Notes: generated by a model from the letters alone, not told the origin. Shown: positions 1-13,830, counted from the first letter of the stretch. The stretch is 64,000 nucleotides of DNA from Heterodontus francisci (GCF_036365525.1 NC_090379.1:34277790-34341789), one strand, 5' to 3'. A program made the numbers and translations.

Positions 1-323
1 AATAGTAAGATCACCTTACTAGACAGAAATACTCATCTTGATGCATAAATGATTGTGACAATGGGTTTTTCAGCTCTCCAACATAAGACAAAGAAAATAT
101 ATCGCAAAAAGAACAAAGTGCTTAAATTACATTTTTGCTTACAACTAATTTTATTCAAGAATGGCATTAGAAATATAAACCCTTGAACTGTTCCCTGACT
201 GTTCAGATTGTGACAAACCAAAGGAAAACTATTTTCTACTCTAATATGGGAATATATTATTGAGTAAAACACTCAAATCTTGCTGGTCAGATATCTGAAC
301 ACTGCTGCAGTACATGACTTCTA

Positions 324-485
<162 letters not shown>

Positions 486-990
486 TTAAAAAAATTCAAT
501 TAAAATCACTAAGTGCTGTTTTGCATATTTATGGCTGTCCTATTCAATAAATTAAAACTTCACATGATTAGTACAACAAATGTGATGACTTAAAGGGATG
601 AGTCAGTAATAATTTGGAAAGCACACACATCTCTAGGACTGATGCCAGAAAGCAATAGTTTTTTTTACAAATTAAATCTGTAGTTGAATGATATGGATCA
701 GACATGGTGATCCTACAGAAAGAAAACACAGCAATCTACTTCTTGATGGTTTTGTCACTGACCACTGCAACTTTTTCTATTTAACGGGGATTACCAGAGC
801 AGAATTCTGTCAATTTATATTTCTTGTATATTAAATGCATCATTATGCTGATTAACAGTAACCAGAGGACATGAAGCTGTAGTGACTTGGACTGTTAATA
901 AAGAAACAATGGGAAATCAATCTATACCTTTTCACAGCATGGTGATAGATGGTTCCAGAGTGAAGTACTCTAGAGGTCGGCCATCAAGTG

Positions 991-1096
991 TTCTGATGAA
1001 AGGTCATCAACATGAAATATTAGCCTTATGTTTCTTTCTCCACAGATGCTGTCTGACCCACTGAGTGTTTCCAACAGTTTCTGTTGCTATTCCAGA
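991..1096 (+). mobile_element. Diverged Penelope-like terminal fragment with degenerate hammerhead motif
   Basis: ctgatgaaaggtca...gaaa...ctccacagatgctgtctgacc resembles other copies in the window. Confidence 0.6.
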
Positions 1097-1129
1097 AGAT
1101 CAGTTACTTTAGCTTTAGGAGAATGGGGA

Positions 1130-2340
1130 TTTGATTTATTTTTGATATTTATTCTCATAATGTGGGTGATGCAAGCAGGACATGTATTGTCTATCCTTAG
1201 CTGCTCTGAGGTAATGATAATGATCAATCCTCATTATGATACTGCTCCTATGACATTACGTGGGGAAATCAAAGGTTTTAACCCAGTGACAATGAAGATG
1301 CCAGCAGTATGCATCCAAGTTAGGATAGCGTGTAACTTCAAAAGGAATTTGCGAGTGATGGTATTCTCATAGCGTTGATGCTTTTTTCCTTTCAGGTGGT
1401 AGAGGTGGTGGGGGATGGGAGCTGCTGTCAAAGTAGGTTTGACAAATTGCTGCAATACATCTTGCAGACAGTACATACTAGCCACAGTGCGCTGATGGTA
1501 GTCAGAGTTGCTAATGAATTAAGTGACAATTAAGGGACAATTAAAGAAACTGCTTTGTCCGAGATGACGTTGATCTTCTTGAATGTTGGTGTGGCCATAT
1601 CCATCCAGATAAGCAGTGAGGATTCCATCACATCTTTGGCTTAAGCTTTGTAGCCAGATGTTGATGTGGTTGGTCCAGTTAAACTTCTGGTCCATGGAAA
1701 CCTCAGGACTCTGAAGTTCAGGAGGAGGTGTCTGGGTCATTTCTTGTTGAAGATGGTCAGAGTGAGGCTTTTATGTGCGGTGACTATTACCTGGCACTTG
1801 TCAGCCAAGCCTGCATGCTATTCAGATCCTGCTGCAGACTGACATGGCTGCTCCATTACCAGTTGTTGTGAATGGAGCTAAACACAGTAGACTCATCAGC
1901 AAAGAGGCCAACTTGACCATATGGCACAGAGACGCAGATTGAACTGTATACAGTTATGCCAAGGATGCTGCCCTGAGGAACGCTGGTGTAGATGTCCCGG
2001 GGTTGCGATGATTAGCCTCTAACCACCATGCTGATCTTCCTGTGTGTCGCTATGCTGCCAGCCACTGCAGTTTCCCAGTGACCTCAGTTTTGCTAGGGCT
2101 CATTGGTGCTTAAGTAGTTGAGCGTTACCTTGATATCAAGGGCAGTCACTCTCACTTCTCCTCTAGCGTTCAGCTCTTGTCGAGATCAAGGCTGTGATGG
2201 GGTTCAGAGCCGAAAGGTTCCAGCAGAGCCCAAACTAAGCATCAGCAAGCAGATTATTGGTGACAAATGTTGCTTGATTACTGTTGCATCATTTCTATCA
2301 CTTTCCTAATGTTTGGATGGAGGCTGAAGGTAATTGGCTA
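1130..2340 (-). mobile_element. Degraded LINE (CR1/L2 group) RT and 3' end
   Basis: Minus-strand RT remnants (gttcctcagggcagcatccttggc; DQKFNWTNHIN); 3' end related to 5060-5370. Confidence 0.6.
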
Positions 2341-3065
2341 AGTTAAAAGCCCTTAAATAAAGCCTTTACCAGAGAAAGGCATGGCCGGTTAACTTAGGAA
2401 TAGCTAGCTTGAAAGTGACTTTTCACCTAGAACAACTGCAAAGTTACACTTTTGTCATTTTTTATAGTACGAGCAGTATTCAAAAATAGACAATTCTCAC
2501 TGCAAAAACTCTATTCGGTTCATTCATATGTGTTATGTAGAATAAATCAGTTTGTTGGTTTACAATTGTGGCTTAGTTCATTTGGAGGGCTTTTCAGGCC
2601 ACCTCTGTGAAGATAGGAGAATGCTTATGGCTGCAACTGAAAGATCACAGTATCCTGTACATGCAACAATGGTTCTTACAGTCAAGTAAAACTATCATTT
2701 AACTAAATATTGGACAGTAAAGGTGCACATGGGATCATAGATGGCATTATGTCGTTACATGAGCGAACACCACTGATCAGACACAATATCTAATAAAAAC
2801 CATAAAATTAGCAAAAGCACTCTAGCAACTTTACTATTTTTAGAGGTATGAATGTTTACAACTCTATTAGTCCCAGCAATGCTGTTGGTCCTGATGGCAA
2901 AACAAGCAGTTATTTATAATACCAATTTTTTTAGATCATCCTCATAGCCACTACTAACCATCTTTTGACATTTACTTTTCAAAATGATTAAGAAATTTAG
3001 AATTTATTATTTGATTCCCATGGAATATAAAAAGAAAACACTGAATTCAACAATTTAGAAACAAA

Positions 3066-3843
3066 GGGCTGAAATTTATACTTGGCGGGCGAAAACAATG
3101 GGGGCGGGCCACATGTGGCAGAGCAGCCGCAATATTTAAATAGTTGCAGCGGGCTGCACACCCACCCGCCCCACCCCCGATGACGTGGAGCGGGCGGGCT
3201 GTCCGTCCCTGGCAATGGCATCAGCTGACTGTGCGCAGGCACTGACACCATTTTTAAAGGGCTTCAAGCCCTACCGTTCCACTTCAATATTTAAAGAAAC
3301 ACTTAATAAAAAAAACACATTTATTTTGCCCACCCACCCAACCACCAATAACTATTAAATTAATTACTTGCCCTCTCACCCCCAAAACACATCCCTTGTC
3401 CACCTGACCTTCCCCACCCCACCCCCAAAGTACATAAACTTTAAACTATAACTCTTCCCCACCATCCCCTACACCAATGAATTTACTTTGACCCTGTTCC
3501 CCACCCCCCCATCCCCGCACTGAGAAACTTACCTCCTCCCCACCAGTGTTCCGCCCTGGTTCCCCAGACAGGGATCCAAAGGCTCGGGAGTGCCGGCCAG
3601 CGGCACGAAGATCGCACCGGGACAGATGCTGGGAGCGTAACGGTAAATAATTCAGTGATTTTAATTTAAATATTTAAATGGGGATCCCATCACCAAGCAG
3701 CAGGGGGACGTCGCCACGAGGCCTCACCGCCACCAGCAATATCGGGCTGGGCCCTTTTGCAGTCGGGGTGCGTGGCGGCCCTCTCCCAGATCCACTTTCT
3801 GGCCCCCCACCACTGTCACTGGGTGGTCTGTAAAATTCAGCCC
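3066..3843. mobile_element. GC-rich non-autonomous DNA transposon (PIF/Harbinger-type MITE)
   Basis: TIRs gggctgaaatttata / gtaaaattcagccc; 3-bp TSD aaa; internal similarity to 18742-19456. Confidence 0.8.
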
Positions 3844-5059
3844 AAAGTGTTTTTCACAACAATGGTTGGAACCAACAGCAAAGCACTTTCATAGAATCAG
3901 GATCAAACATTTACTGACTGCATCACAAGGAACATATTTTTCTTTTGAATGGGTCATACTAAGTTGCTTTCCTCTTACTATTAAAATGAATCCTTCTGTA
4001 CATCAATTAAGCAATTTACTGGTGTTTTAAACAGTAAATTTGTACCATCATACATTAAGTATTTAATTGAAACACAAATTAAATACAAGCAAGAAATAAT
4101 TGCTGTATAAAATATGGTTTAAAGAGATGCACGCTAAAAAAAAGACTAATATGTTGACTTCATCAACAGTTTTTTTTGTCCCAGAAAAGAACCGTAAAAT
4201 TTATTTCAACAGTTACGGTTTCTGGCAAGGGCAACAGCTGAACAATAATTAGACTTGTAAATTTTAATTAATTTTAGGTTTCAGTCATATCACCAACCAT
4301 CAAATTTCACAGACTCGGTTTACAAGCTTTAATCCATTGTGCCCAGTCACTCAACTCAATTACATGCTGAAGAGGAGAAAAAACATAGATAAGCCAATAA
4401 TATGCTCTCAACATCAAAGTCTTTCTACAAGTAACAAGTCTTGACGCCTAATTTCAAATAATGCAAGTCATTCTCTTTCAAGTCAAGCAACTGAACTGCA
4501 CTTCAAAATTAGTTTTTTTTCCACCTCAGATATTTTAGCCATATATGGGAATCAAGTAAAGCCCATTTATTTCAATTCCTAGTTTATTCGTATCAATTAC
4601 TGACTTGTAACTGTCAAGTGTGAAAAACCTAAATTTGGTTTATAATGAAATCTGTGATTTCCAAAGTTTAATGATTATAGATATGTATACTGAAAAGATA
4701 AACTTGGTTTAATTTTAAATAAGATACTTCTTTAGCCCCATTATTAAGTATTTTACCTATCCCCAGACTTCTGTTGACTGGTAGATACTTTTACATGGTC
4801 TGTGCAAGAGGAAGCTAGAACATATATTACAATCCAGAATAACAATAATGTAACATTTATCTTGAAACAGAAGTTGGATGAAGAATGGAACGACAATGGT
4901 ACTAAAATATCAACATACAAAGCTTATAAAAAAATATATATTTTTTAACCATTAAGACTCATTAACATTATAGGACTTTAATAAATCCCAATGTTTACGA
5001 AGTCAAATCAACCTTAGTTATGGTCTGATCAGCAGGGAAAAGAATATATGCAATCGACA

Positions 5060-5370
5060 GATGCACCTTCCAAACCCGCAATCTCTACCACCTAGAACAA
5101 GGGCAGCAGGCGCATAGAAACACCAACCCCAGCAAATTCATCCCCAAGTCATAAACCAACCTGACTTGGAAATGTATCGTTGTTCCTTCATCGTCGCTGG
5201 ATCAAAATCCTGGAACTCTATACCTAACAGCACTGTGGTAATACCTTCACCACAGACTGCAGCAGTTCAAGGCAGCAGCTCACCACTACCATCTCAAAAG
5301 CAATTAGGGATGAGCAATAAATACTGGCCTTGCCAGTGATGCCCACATCCCACGAACGAATAAAAACAAA
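5060..5370 (+). mobile_element. LINE 3' end (CR1/L2 group)
   Basis: ggcagcagctcaccactaccatctcaaaagcaattagggatgagcaataaatactggcc...cccacatcccacgaacgaataaaaa; related to 49855-49977 and 52700-53010. Confidence 0.65.
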
Positions 5371-5392
5371 TGTCTCAAATTCATTTCCATAC

Positions 5393-5701
5393 CTCATTTG
5401 GTGACAATGGTTCCAGCGTGGGAATTACATCAAGGTCTTCACTCGCCTCTTTCTCATCAACATCGAAGAGGCTCTTCATCGCTTTTTGCTGAGCTGCAAC
5501 TTGCTCAGAGCTAAGTGTAGATGAGGGAGCATCAACCTGCATTTCCCCTTCTTCATCCTCTCTTAATTCGCCCTCTTCCAGAATGACCCCAGTATCTACC
5601 TTTGACACCCTCATGTCCAAAACACCATCTATCCAGGCTAACTCTGCATCCCTTGCTTTACAGAACTGAAGAGAACTGACTAAAGAATCCTTTAGTCTAA
5701 C
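5393..5701 (-). CDS. CPSF2: CPSF2 coding exon 12
   Basis: [38 protein letters not shown]...[10 protein letters not shown]; cag/gtatgg flanks; 309 nt. Confidence 0.97.
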
Positions 5702-6250
5702 CTGTGAGAATGAAATATCCAAATATTAGGAAATTATAGGATGATAGAGCACAGAAGGGCATTCAGCCCATCATGTCTGTGCTGGTTATGCTAAAGATAA
5801 ATACAACAGTTTTACCAATAAGCAACTAGGCATAAGAAACTACAATATTTTGATACACAATATAAAATTTACAAATGAAATAGGTGTTTAACCTTTATTG
5901 ATATAAAAGTGAAAGATGACATTACTGGAATTTAAATTAATCAAAACATTCATGAACATTTTCAATTTTCTTTTTTACTGAAGTTCTTTTAGAGTTTACT
6001 TCTGACTTTTTTTGGATGCTTTTCTCATTAATAATTTAAGACAAATTTTTACAACATATCAAAATACTGAGCAATAATCCAATTGTTTGTTTATTTCATG
6101 CTTTTATTTATGGTTAATGTGTCCATCACTTTAACACAATTTTAACCTTTGAATAAATCTAATTTCCGTGCCAATGACCTGTTGGATTTAATCTCAACTG
6201 CTAAGCATTTTACTATTTATGCCGCTGTAATTTGCTTTGAAAATATCAAA

Positions 6251-6808
6251 ATAAAAGTAAAATACTGCGGATGCTAGAAATCTGAAATAAAAACAAGAAA
6301 TGCTGGAAATACTCAGCAGGTCTGGCAATTTGTGGAGAGAGAAGCAGAGTTAACGTTTCAGGTCAGTGACCCTTCTTCAGAACTAGCAAATATTAAAAAT
6401 GTAAAAGGTTATAAGCAAGTAAAGCGGGGGTGGAGCAAGAGATAACAAAGGAGAAGGTGTAAATAGGACAAGGTCACAGAATAGCTGACCAGAAAGTCAT
6501 GCAGCAAAGGCAAACAATATGTTAATGATGTGGTGAAAGACAAAGCGTTAGTACAGATAGGGTGTTAATGGACTGAAAATTGAACAGCCGCAAGTACAAA
6601 CATGAAAAAAAAAGTGGGTAAACAAACTGAACAAACTAAGATTAAATTAAATTAAATAAACACAAAAAAAAAATTTAAAAAAGGAAAAAGAAAAAAATAA
6701 CTAAAAATAAAAGTAAAATGGGGGGCCCGTCATGCTCTGAAGTTATTGAACTCAATGTTCAGTCCGGCAGGCTGTAATGTGCCTAATCAGTAAATGAGAT
6801 CTATCGGT
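6251..6808 (-). mobile_element. Penelope-like element 3' end (ORF end, 3' UTR, hammerhead motif, tail)
   Basis: Reverse complement of 41740-42190 and 53568-54074; 10-bp direct repeat aaatatcaaa at 6241-6250 and 6809-6818. Confidence 0.85.
6348..6384 (-). ncRNA. Minimal type I hammerhead ribozyme motif (intact)
   Basis: Minus strand AGUU-CUGAAGA-A-GGGUC ACU GACCU-GAAAC-GUU-AACU: both core boxes, stem I AGUU/AACU, stem II hairpin, palindromic ACGU in place of stem III. Confidence 0.75.
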
Positions 6809-7199
6809 AAATATCAAACTTTGGCTTCAGATGAAATCAATTTGCTGAAATATGTAGGGCTTCCAGCAGAGTTCCAAAGAATTGAGGCTACTGCCATAAT
6901 AGGATGTTAAATTTGTAAATCCTGTTCATTCAAGTGCTGTTTGAAGCAGCAGATTAGCAGCAATTCCTATCTCATCAGAGAATCTTATACCAAGTTATCT
7001 TTCAAAAAGTATGAAGATACAATCAACCACTCAGGATTACCTACTTTTGATCAAATGTTTTAAAGCAGCAGTATGTTGAAAAAGCTATGAGGTTCTGCTG
7101 CATTAATTAGTTATGGCTTTTGGGAAACTGCTGCTGAACTCAAGCCACTGTATTGTGACTTCTAATTTTTAAAAAATATTTTAGAGAAAGAAAGAACTT

Positions 7200-7490
7200 G
7201 TTCTTGTTTAGCTCCCCCTTGACATCATTGGAAGGTTCCAAAGCAATTCATAGCCAGATAAGTTATTCTTTAAAGAGTAGTCATTGTTTTTATGAAGGCA
7301 AGCGTGGCAGCCAAGTAACACACAGTATGTTCCCAAGAACTGTAATTAATGAATGGCTAGTTAAGCTATTTTTGGTAATATTGGCCAAGGGATAAATGAT
7401 GGCCAGGACACTAGGAGAATACCCTGCTCCTCTTTGAGTAACACCAAAGGATCTTCTAGTCCCACCAACACAAGGAAATGGGATCTTGTT
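7200..7490 (-). mobile_element. DeuSINE (SacSINE1/AmnSINE-like) fragment
   Basis: Reverse-complement similarity to 32060-32505 (tgtcctggcc...tttatccc). Confidence 0.55.
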
Positions 7491-7492
7491 TT

Positions 7493-8838
7493 CATAGAAT
7501 CATAGAATATCTACAGCATAGAAGATGTCCATTCGGCCCATCGTGTCTTGGCCAGCTCTCTGCAACAGCAATTCACCTAGTCCCACTCCCCACCTTTACC
7601 CCATAGCCCTGCAAATTTTTTTCTCTTCAGATAACTGTCCAGTTCTCTTTTGAAAGCTTCAAGTGAATCTGCCTCCACCACACTCTCAGGCAGATCATTC
7701 CAGATCCTAACTGCTCGCTACGTAACAAAGTTTTGCCTCATGGAAGCCCTGGTTCTTTTGCAATAAACATAAATCGGTGTACTCTGATACTCAATCCTTC
7801 GGACAACGAGAACAGTTTCTCCCTATCTACTCTATCCAGACCCAGCATGATTTTGAAAACCTCTATCAAATCTCCTCTTAATCTTCTCTTCTCCAAGAAG
7901 AACAGCCCCAGCTTCTCCAACCTATCCATGTAACTGAAGTTCCTCATCTCTGGAACCATTCTCGTAAATCTCTTCTGCACCCTCTCTAATGCCTTAACAT
8001 ACTTCCTAAAGTGTGGTGCCCAGAACAGGACACAGTACTTCAGTTGAGGCGAAACCAGTGTTTCATACTAGTTTATCATAGCTTCCTTGTTCTTGTACTC
8101 TGCCCCTATTTATAAATCCCAGGATCCCATGTGCTTTATTAACTGCTTTCTCAACCTGTCTTCAACAATTTGTGCACACAATCCTCCAGGTCCCTCAGCT
8201 CCTGCACCCCTCTTTAGAACTGTACCCTTTATTTTATGCTACCTTTCCTTGTTCTTCTGACCAAAATGAATCACTTCACACTTTTCTGCATTAACTCTCA
8301 TCTGCCACTTGTCCGTTCATTCCACCAGCCTGTCTATGCCCTCTTGAAGTTTATCACTATCCTCCTCACAGTTCACAATGTTTTGTGTCATCTGCAAATT
8401 TTGAAATTGTGCCCTGCATGCCCAAGTCTAGGTCATTAATATATATCAAGGACAGCAGGGGTCCTAGCACCAACCCTTGGGGAACCCCACTATATACCTT
8501 CCTCCAGTCTGAAAAACAACTGTTCACCTCTACTCTCTGTTTCCTGTCATTCAGCCAATTTTGTATCCAGGCTGCTACTGTCCTTTTTATTCCATAGGCT
8601 CTATAGGCTCTAACTTTGCTGACAAGCCTGTTATGTGACACTTTATCAAATGCTTTTTGAAAGTCCATGTACACTACATCAACCACATTTCCCTCCTCTA
8701 CCCTCTCCGTTACGACATCAAAAATCTCAAGCAAGGTAGTTAAACATGATTTGCCTTCAACAAATCCATGTTCACTTTCCTTAACTAATCCACATTTGTT
8801 GAAATGACTGTTAATTTTTCCCTGAATTATTGTTTCTA
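7493..8838 (-). mobile_element. CR1-type LINE, RT to 3' tail (older copy, continues at 11347-11970)
   Basis: [33 protein letters not shown]; catagaatcatagaat tail. Confidence 0.9.
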
Positions 8839-8845
8839 ACCATTT

Positions 8846-11346
8846 TAACAGTAATCACAATGTAGGATGAAGTATACAAGAAGAAATATTGGATGCTTCT
8901 GATAAAGGGACGACAATAATCATGGGTGATTTTAATCTACATATAAACTGAAAAAATCAGATTGGCAATAGTAGCCTGGATGATGAGTTCATAGAATGCT
9001 TTTGAGATAGTTTCTTAGAGCATCATGTTCTGGAACCAACCAGAGAGCAGGTTATATTAGACTTGGTATTATGTAATGTGACAGGTTTAATTAATGACCT
9101 GAGTAAAGGCACCTCTGGGTAGCCGCAACCACAATATGATTGAATTTTACATCCAGTTTGAAAGAGAGAAGAGCGGGTCTAAGACTAGCATTTTAAACTT
9201 AAATGAGGGCAACTATGTTGGCATGAAAGTTGAGCTAGCTGAAGTGAATTGGGTTACTAGGCTAGGAGACAGATCAATACAGAAGCAGTGGCAGACATTT
9301 AAGGGGATATGTCAGAATACTCAGAGTAAGTATGTTCCAACTATAAAGAAAAATTCTAAGGGGAGGACCCACCATCCACAACTAAAGAAGTTAAGGAAAG
9401 CATCAAACTTAAGGAAAAAGCATACTAATTTGCAAAGATGAATGGCAGGTCATATGATTGGTCAGAATATAAACAGCAGCAGAGAATGACTAAAAGATTA
9501 ATCAGGAGAAAGAAATTACAGTATGAGAGGAAGCTAGCTAGAAATGTAAAACAGATAGCAAGAGTTTCTTCAGGTATTTAAAAAGGAAAAGAGTAAGCAA
9601 AATGAGTGTTGGTCCTTTATAGAGTGAGAATGGGGAATTAATAGTAGATAATAATAAGGAAATGGCAGATGAAATGAACAAATATTTTGCTTCAGTCTTC
9701 ACTATAGAGGATACAAAAAACATTCCAGTAATAGCTGTAAAATCAGGAGGTGGAGAGAAAAGAGGAACTTGGTGAAATTACAATCACCAGGGAAATGGTA
9801 CTGAGCAAACTGATTGAGCTGCGGACTGACAAGTCCCCGGGTCCTGATGGGCTTCATCCTAGGGTCTTAAAAGAGGTGTCTAATGAGGTAGTAGGTGTGA
9901 TGGTGTTAATTTTTCAAAATTCGCTGGATTCTGGAAAGGTTCCATCAGACTGGAAAGTAGCAAATATAACCCCTCTATTGAAGAAGGGGGGAGGCAGAAA
10001 ACAGGTAACTATAGGCCATTTAGCTTGACGTCTGTCGTGGGGAAGGTGTTAGAATCGATCATTAAGGAGGCGATAGCTGGGCACTTAGAAAAACACAAGG
10101 TAATCGTGAATAATCAGCATGGCTTTGTGAAAGGGAAATCATGTTTAACCAATTTATAGGAGTAACATGCGCTGAGGATAAAGGGGAGCCCGTTGTACTT
10201 GGATTTCCAGAAGGCATTTGACAATGTGCCACATAAAAGGTTATTGCGCAAAGTAGGAGCTCATGGTGTAAGGGGTAACATATTAGCATGAATAGAAGAT
10301 TGGCTGGCTGGCAGAAAACAGAGAGTATGCATAAATGGGTCCTTTTCTGATTGACAGGATGTGATGAGTGGAATCCCACAGCAGTCTGTGCTGGGGCCTC
10401 AACTATTTACAATTTATATCAATGGCTTAGATGAGGGATGCGATGGCATGGTAGCTAAATTTGCAGAAGACTCAAAGATAGATAGGAATGTATGTTGCGA
10501 AGAGGACATAAGGAGGTTGCAGACCGATACAGATAGGTTGAGTCAGCAAAAATCTGGCAGATGGAGTATAATGTGGGAAAATGTGAAGTTGTTCACTTTG
10601 GCAGGAAGAATAAAAAAGCAAAGTATTACTTAAATGGAGAACGACTGCAGATTTTCGAGGTGCAGAGGGATCTAGGTGTTCTAGCGCATGAGTCACAAAA
10701 GGTTAGTATGCAGGTACAGCAAGTAATAAAGAAGGCTAATGGAATGCTATCCTTTATTACGAGAGAAATTGAAAATAAAAGTAAGGATGTGATGCTTCAG
10801 TTATACAGGGCATTGGTGAAACCACATCTCGAATACTGTATGTTGTTTCGGTCCCCTTACTTAAGGGGGGATGTAAATGCGTAGGAGGTGGTTTACTAGA
10901 TACCTGGAAGGAGCAGGTTGTCTTATGAGGAAAAGGTGCACAGACTGGGTTTATTTTCACAAGAGTTTAGAAGATTGAGGGGAGATTTGATTGAAGTTTA
11001 TAAGATCCTGTACGATCTTGACAAGGTGGATGTGGAAAGGATGTTTCCTCTTGTGGGTGAGTCCAGAACTACGGGGGCACTGTTTTAAAATTAGGGTTCG
11101 TCCTTTTAGGACAGAGATGAGGAGAAATCTTTTCTCAGAGGGTTGTGCAACTTTGGAATTCTCTGCCTCAGAAGATGGTGGAGGCGGGGTCATTGAATAT
11201 TTTTAAGGCGGAGATAGATAGATTCTTGTTAGGCAAGGGAATCAAAGGTTATCGGGGGTGTGGAATTCGAGACACAAACAGATCTTATTGAATGGCGGAG
11301 CAGGCTCAAGGGGCTGAATGGCCTTCTTCTGCTCCTAATTCGTATG
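8846..11346 (+). mobile_element. CR1-type LINE, degraded ORF2 (endonuclease end to RT to 3' UTR)
   Basis: [43 protein letters not shown] fragments; ends gctcctaattcgtatgt. Confidence 0.92.
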
Positions 11347-11970
11347 TTTTCCCACCACCAAGGTTAAATGGACTGGCCTGTCATTGATGGGCTTGTCCTT
11401 GCACCCTTTTTTGAACAAGTGTCTAACATTTACAATTCTCCAGTCCACTGGCACCACCCCTGTACCTAAGGAGGATTGGAAGATTGTGGCCAGTGCCTCC
11501 GCAATTTCCACCCTTGCCTCTCTCAGTATCCTTGGATGCATCTCATCTGGTTCTGGTGACTTATCAACCTTAAGAACAGCCAGCCTATCTCGTACTTCCT
11601 CTTTAGCAATTTTTAGCCCATCTAGCACCTCAACTAACTCCTCTTTCACCATGACTTGGACAGCATCTTCTTCCTTAGTAAAGACAGATGCAAAGTACTC
11701 ATTTAGTACCTCAGCCATGTCCCCTAACTACATGCATAAATCCCTTTTTAGGTCTCGAATTGGCCCCATTCTTCCTTTTACCATGCTTTTGCTATTTATA
11801 TGCCTATAGAAGATTTTTGGATTCCCTTTTATGTTAGCTGCTAGTCTCTTCTGACAGTGTCTCTTTGCTTCTCTTATTTGCTTTTTCAATTACCCTCTGA
11901 ACCTTTTACATTCAGCCTGGTTCTCAAATGTACTCAAATGTATTATCCACCTGACATCTGTCATATGCAC
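11347..11970 (-). mobile_element. CR1-type LINE upstream part, interrupted by the plus-strand copy
   Basis: MAEVLNEYFASVFTKE...KSPEPDEMHPRILRE; collinear with 7493-8838. Confidence 0.85.
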
Positions 11971-12207
11971 CCCTTTGGTTTAACATTGCATCTGAAAGAC
12001 AGCACCTTTAGTAATGCAGAACTCATTCAGTACTGCCACATAGTTGTCAGCCCATCATGTACTAAACTCCTAGACTAGGGATTGAACCCAGCACTTAACT
12101 TTTAAGTGTCAGTTTTGAGTCATTAGCATTCAGTATCATTTGAAATTAGGTTAAAGACAGCCTTCTAATCGCCAGCAAATACTATATTACTCTTCAAGTT
12201 GTACTAC

Positions 12208-12433
12208 CTGGTAGATATGAGTCTCACTAGTAGCATCTATTGTTTCTTGAAGCTTTGGTGTGTAAATTTTAATGTCCTTTCCACCAAATGCTTTGCATGA
12301 TTCAGCAAGATCTTGGCTGGACTCCGGAGGTCCATGAACAATAATCAACTGCCGGGGTTTCATCTGATTAATAATTTTTTTAATAGAGTCACCATCTGAG
12401 CGTCCTTCATAATCAATATATGTCACTCTGGCT
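12208..12433 (-). CDS. CPSF2: CPSF2 coding exon 11
   Basis: [34 protein letters not shown]...ETHIYQ; 226 nt; ag/gt. Confidence 0.97.
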
Positions 12434-12554
12434 CTGTAAGAAAAAGCAAATTATTTGAAGAACTGTTACATTTCATCTTAGTGGAAGAAAAATAAGCAGA
12501 TTTTCTGTCCACAAGGCTTATCGCCTTCAAACATTAAGAAATGGTCTTACTAAC

Positions 12555-12707
12555 CTGATTTCTATGGTTTCTAATGCTGAGATACATTTTGTTGGAACAT
12601 CAGACAGATCCTGATCCATAGGCTCCTCACCATTACTCAGACCAGAATCAAGTTTGCTCTTTTCTTCTTCTGCTGCCTGAAGTTCTGGAACCAAGAAATC
12701 CTCAGCT
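12555..12707 (-). CDS. CPSF2: CPSF2 coding exon 10
   Basis: [50 protein letters not shown]; 153 nt; ag/gt. Confidence 0.97.
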
Positions 12708-13159
12708 CTGAAATAAAGGAGCCGCAATAAACACCAATAAGGAAGCACAGAAGAAGGAAGATCAATTTTGGATTTCACATCTGTTTACATATGTATCAAA
12801 CAGAATGCCAAAATGAAGGTTTTTTGAAAATAAAGTCTCTACAGGGAAGAGAAGTCAGTTGTCTAAATTCAATGAGAAATATGGCAGATTTCAATTAAGC
12901 TTGTTTAACCAATCACTGACCTTGGACAAGATCAATACTTGTTCAGTTCCAACGGGGCCCCAAGGAGGAATTGTCATTCTCTGAACAACACAGTAGATTT
13001 ATTGCTTCATGTGTAAAAGATCACTTCATTAAAATAAAGGGTGAAGGGCCAAGAATAGTTGTCTTAGAAGATGTTCTTCCTGTTAACTCTTTTCTTTTAG
13101 GTCTCCCTGCACTATACATCTGGACAAGCAAGCCTTTTACAAAGTATTTTTAAAACCAG

Positions 13160-13830
13160 GCAACTTATTTTTATATAGCACATTTAACATAGAAAAACAT
13201 CCTAAGGCACTTCACAGAAGCATAATCAGATAAAAATGGATAAAGAGACAGTGAGATGTTGGGAAGGGTAACTAAAATCTTGATTAAAATGGTTGGAGAA
13301 GGCTGGTGTGGTCGACTGTGTCAAAGGCTGCACATGGGTCAAGAAGGAATTGAGGTAGCATATCTGAGTCATAAATCACAGAAAATGTAATTGAGACTTT
13401 GATTAGGGTAATTTCAATGCTACAACAGGGACAGAAACCTGACTGGAGACGTTCAAACATGGAATTGCAGGAAAGACGGATGCATATTCAACGACTTTGG
13501 AGAGGCAAAAGAGATTGGAGATGGGACTGTAGTTTGCAAGGACAAGGAGGATCAAGGATGGGATTTTGAGGAGGGGTAATAACACCTGAGGAAAGAGAAC
13601 AATTTCCATTCTCAGTTAGCATGGGAGCCAGGAAAGGAAATTCGACGGTCAACAGTTTAGTCAGAATGAGGACAAGAAAGCAAGAGATGGGTCTCATTGA
13701 CAGGATTAACTCAGAGAAGGCATGAGCAGAAAAGAAACTAGAGAAAGGCATGGATTCAGGGTAAGGGCAGGGGGAAATCTGGAAAAACATGGTTTGCGGC
13801 ATGCGGCAGAGGAAGCTGAACCATTGCTCT
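13160..13830 (-). mobile_element. L2-type LINE fragment
   Basis: LANYSPISNLFCLSKVVE L2-like ORF2 remnant and L2-like 3' tail. Confidence 0.65.
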
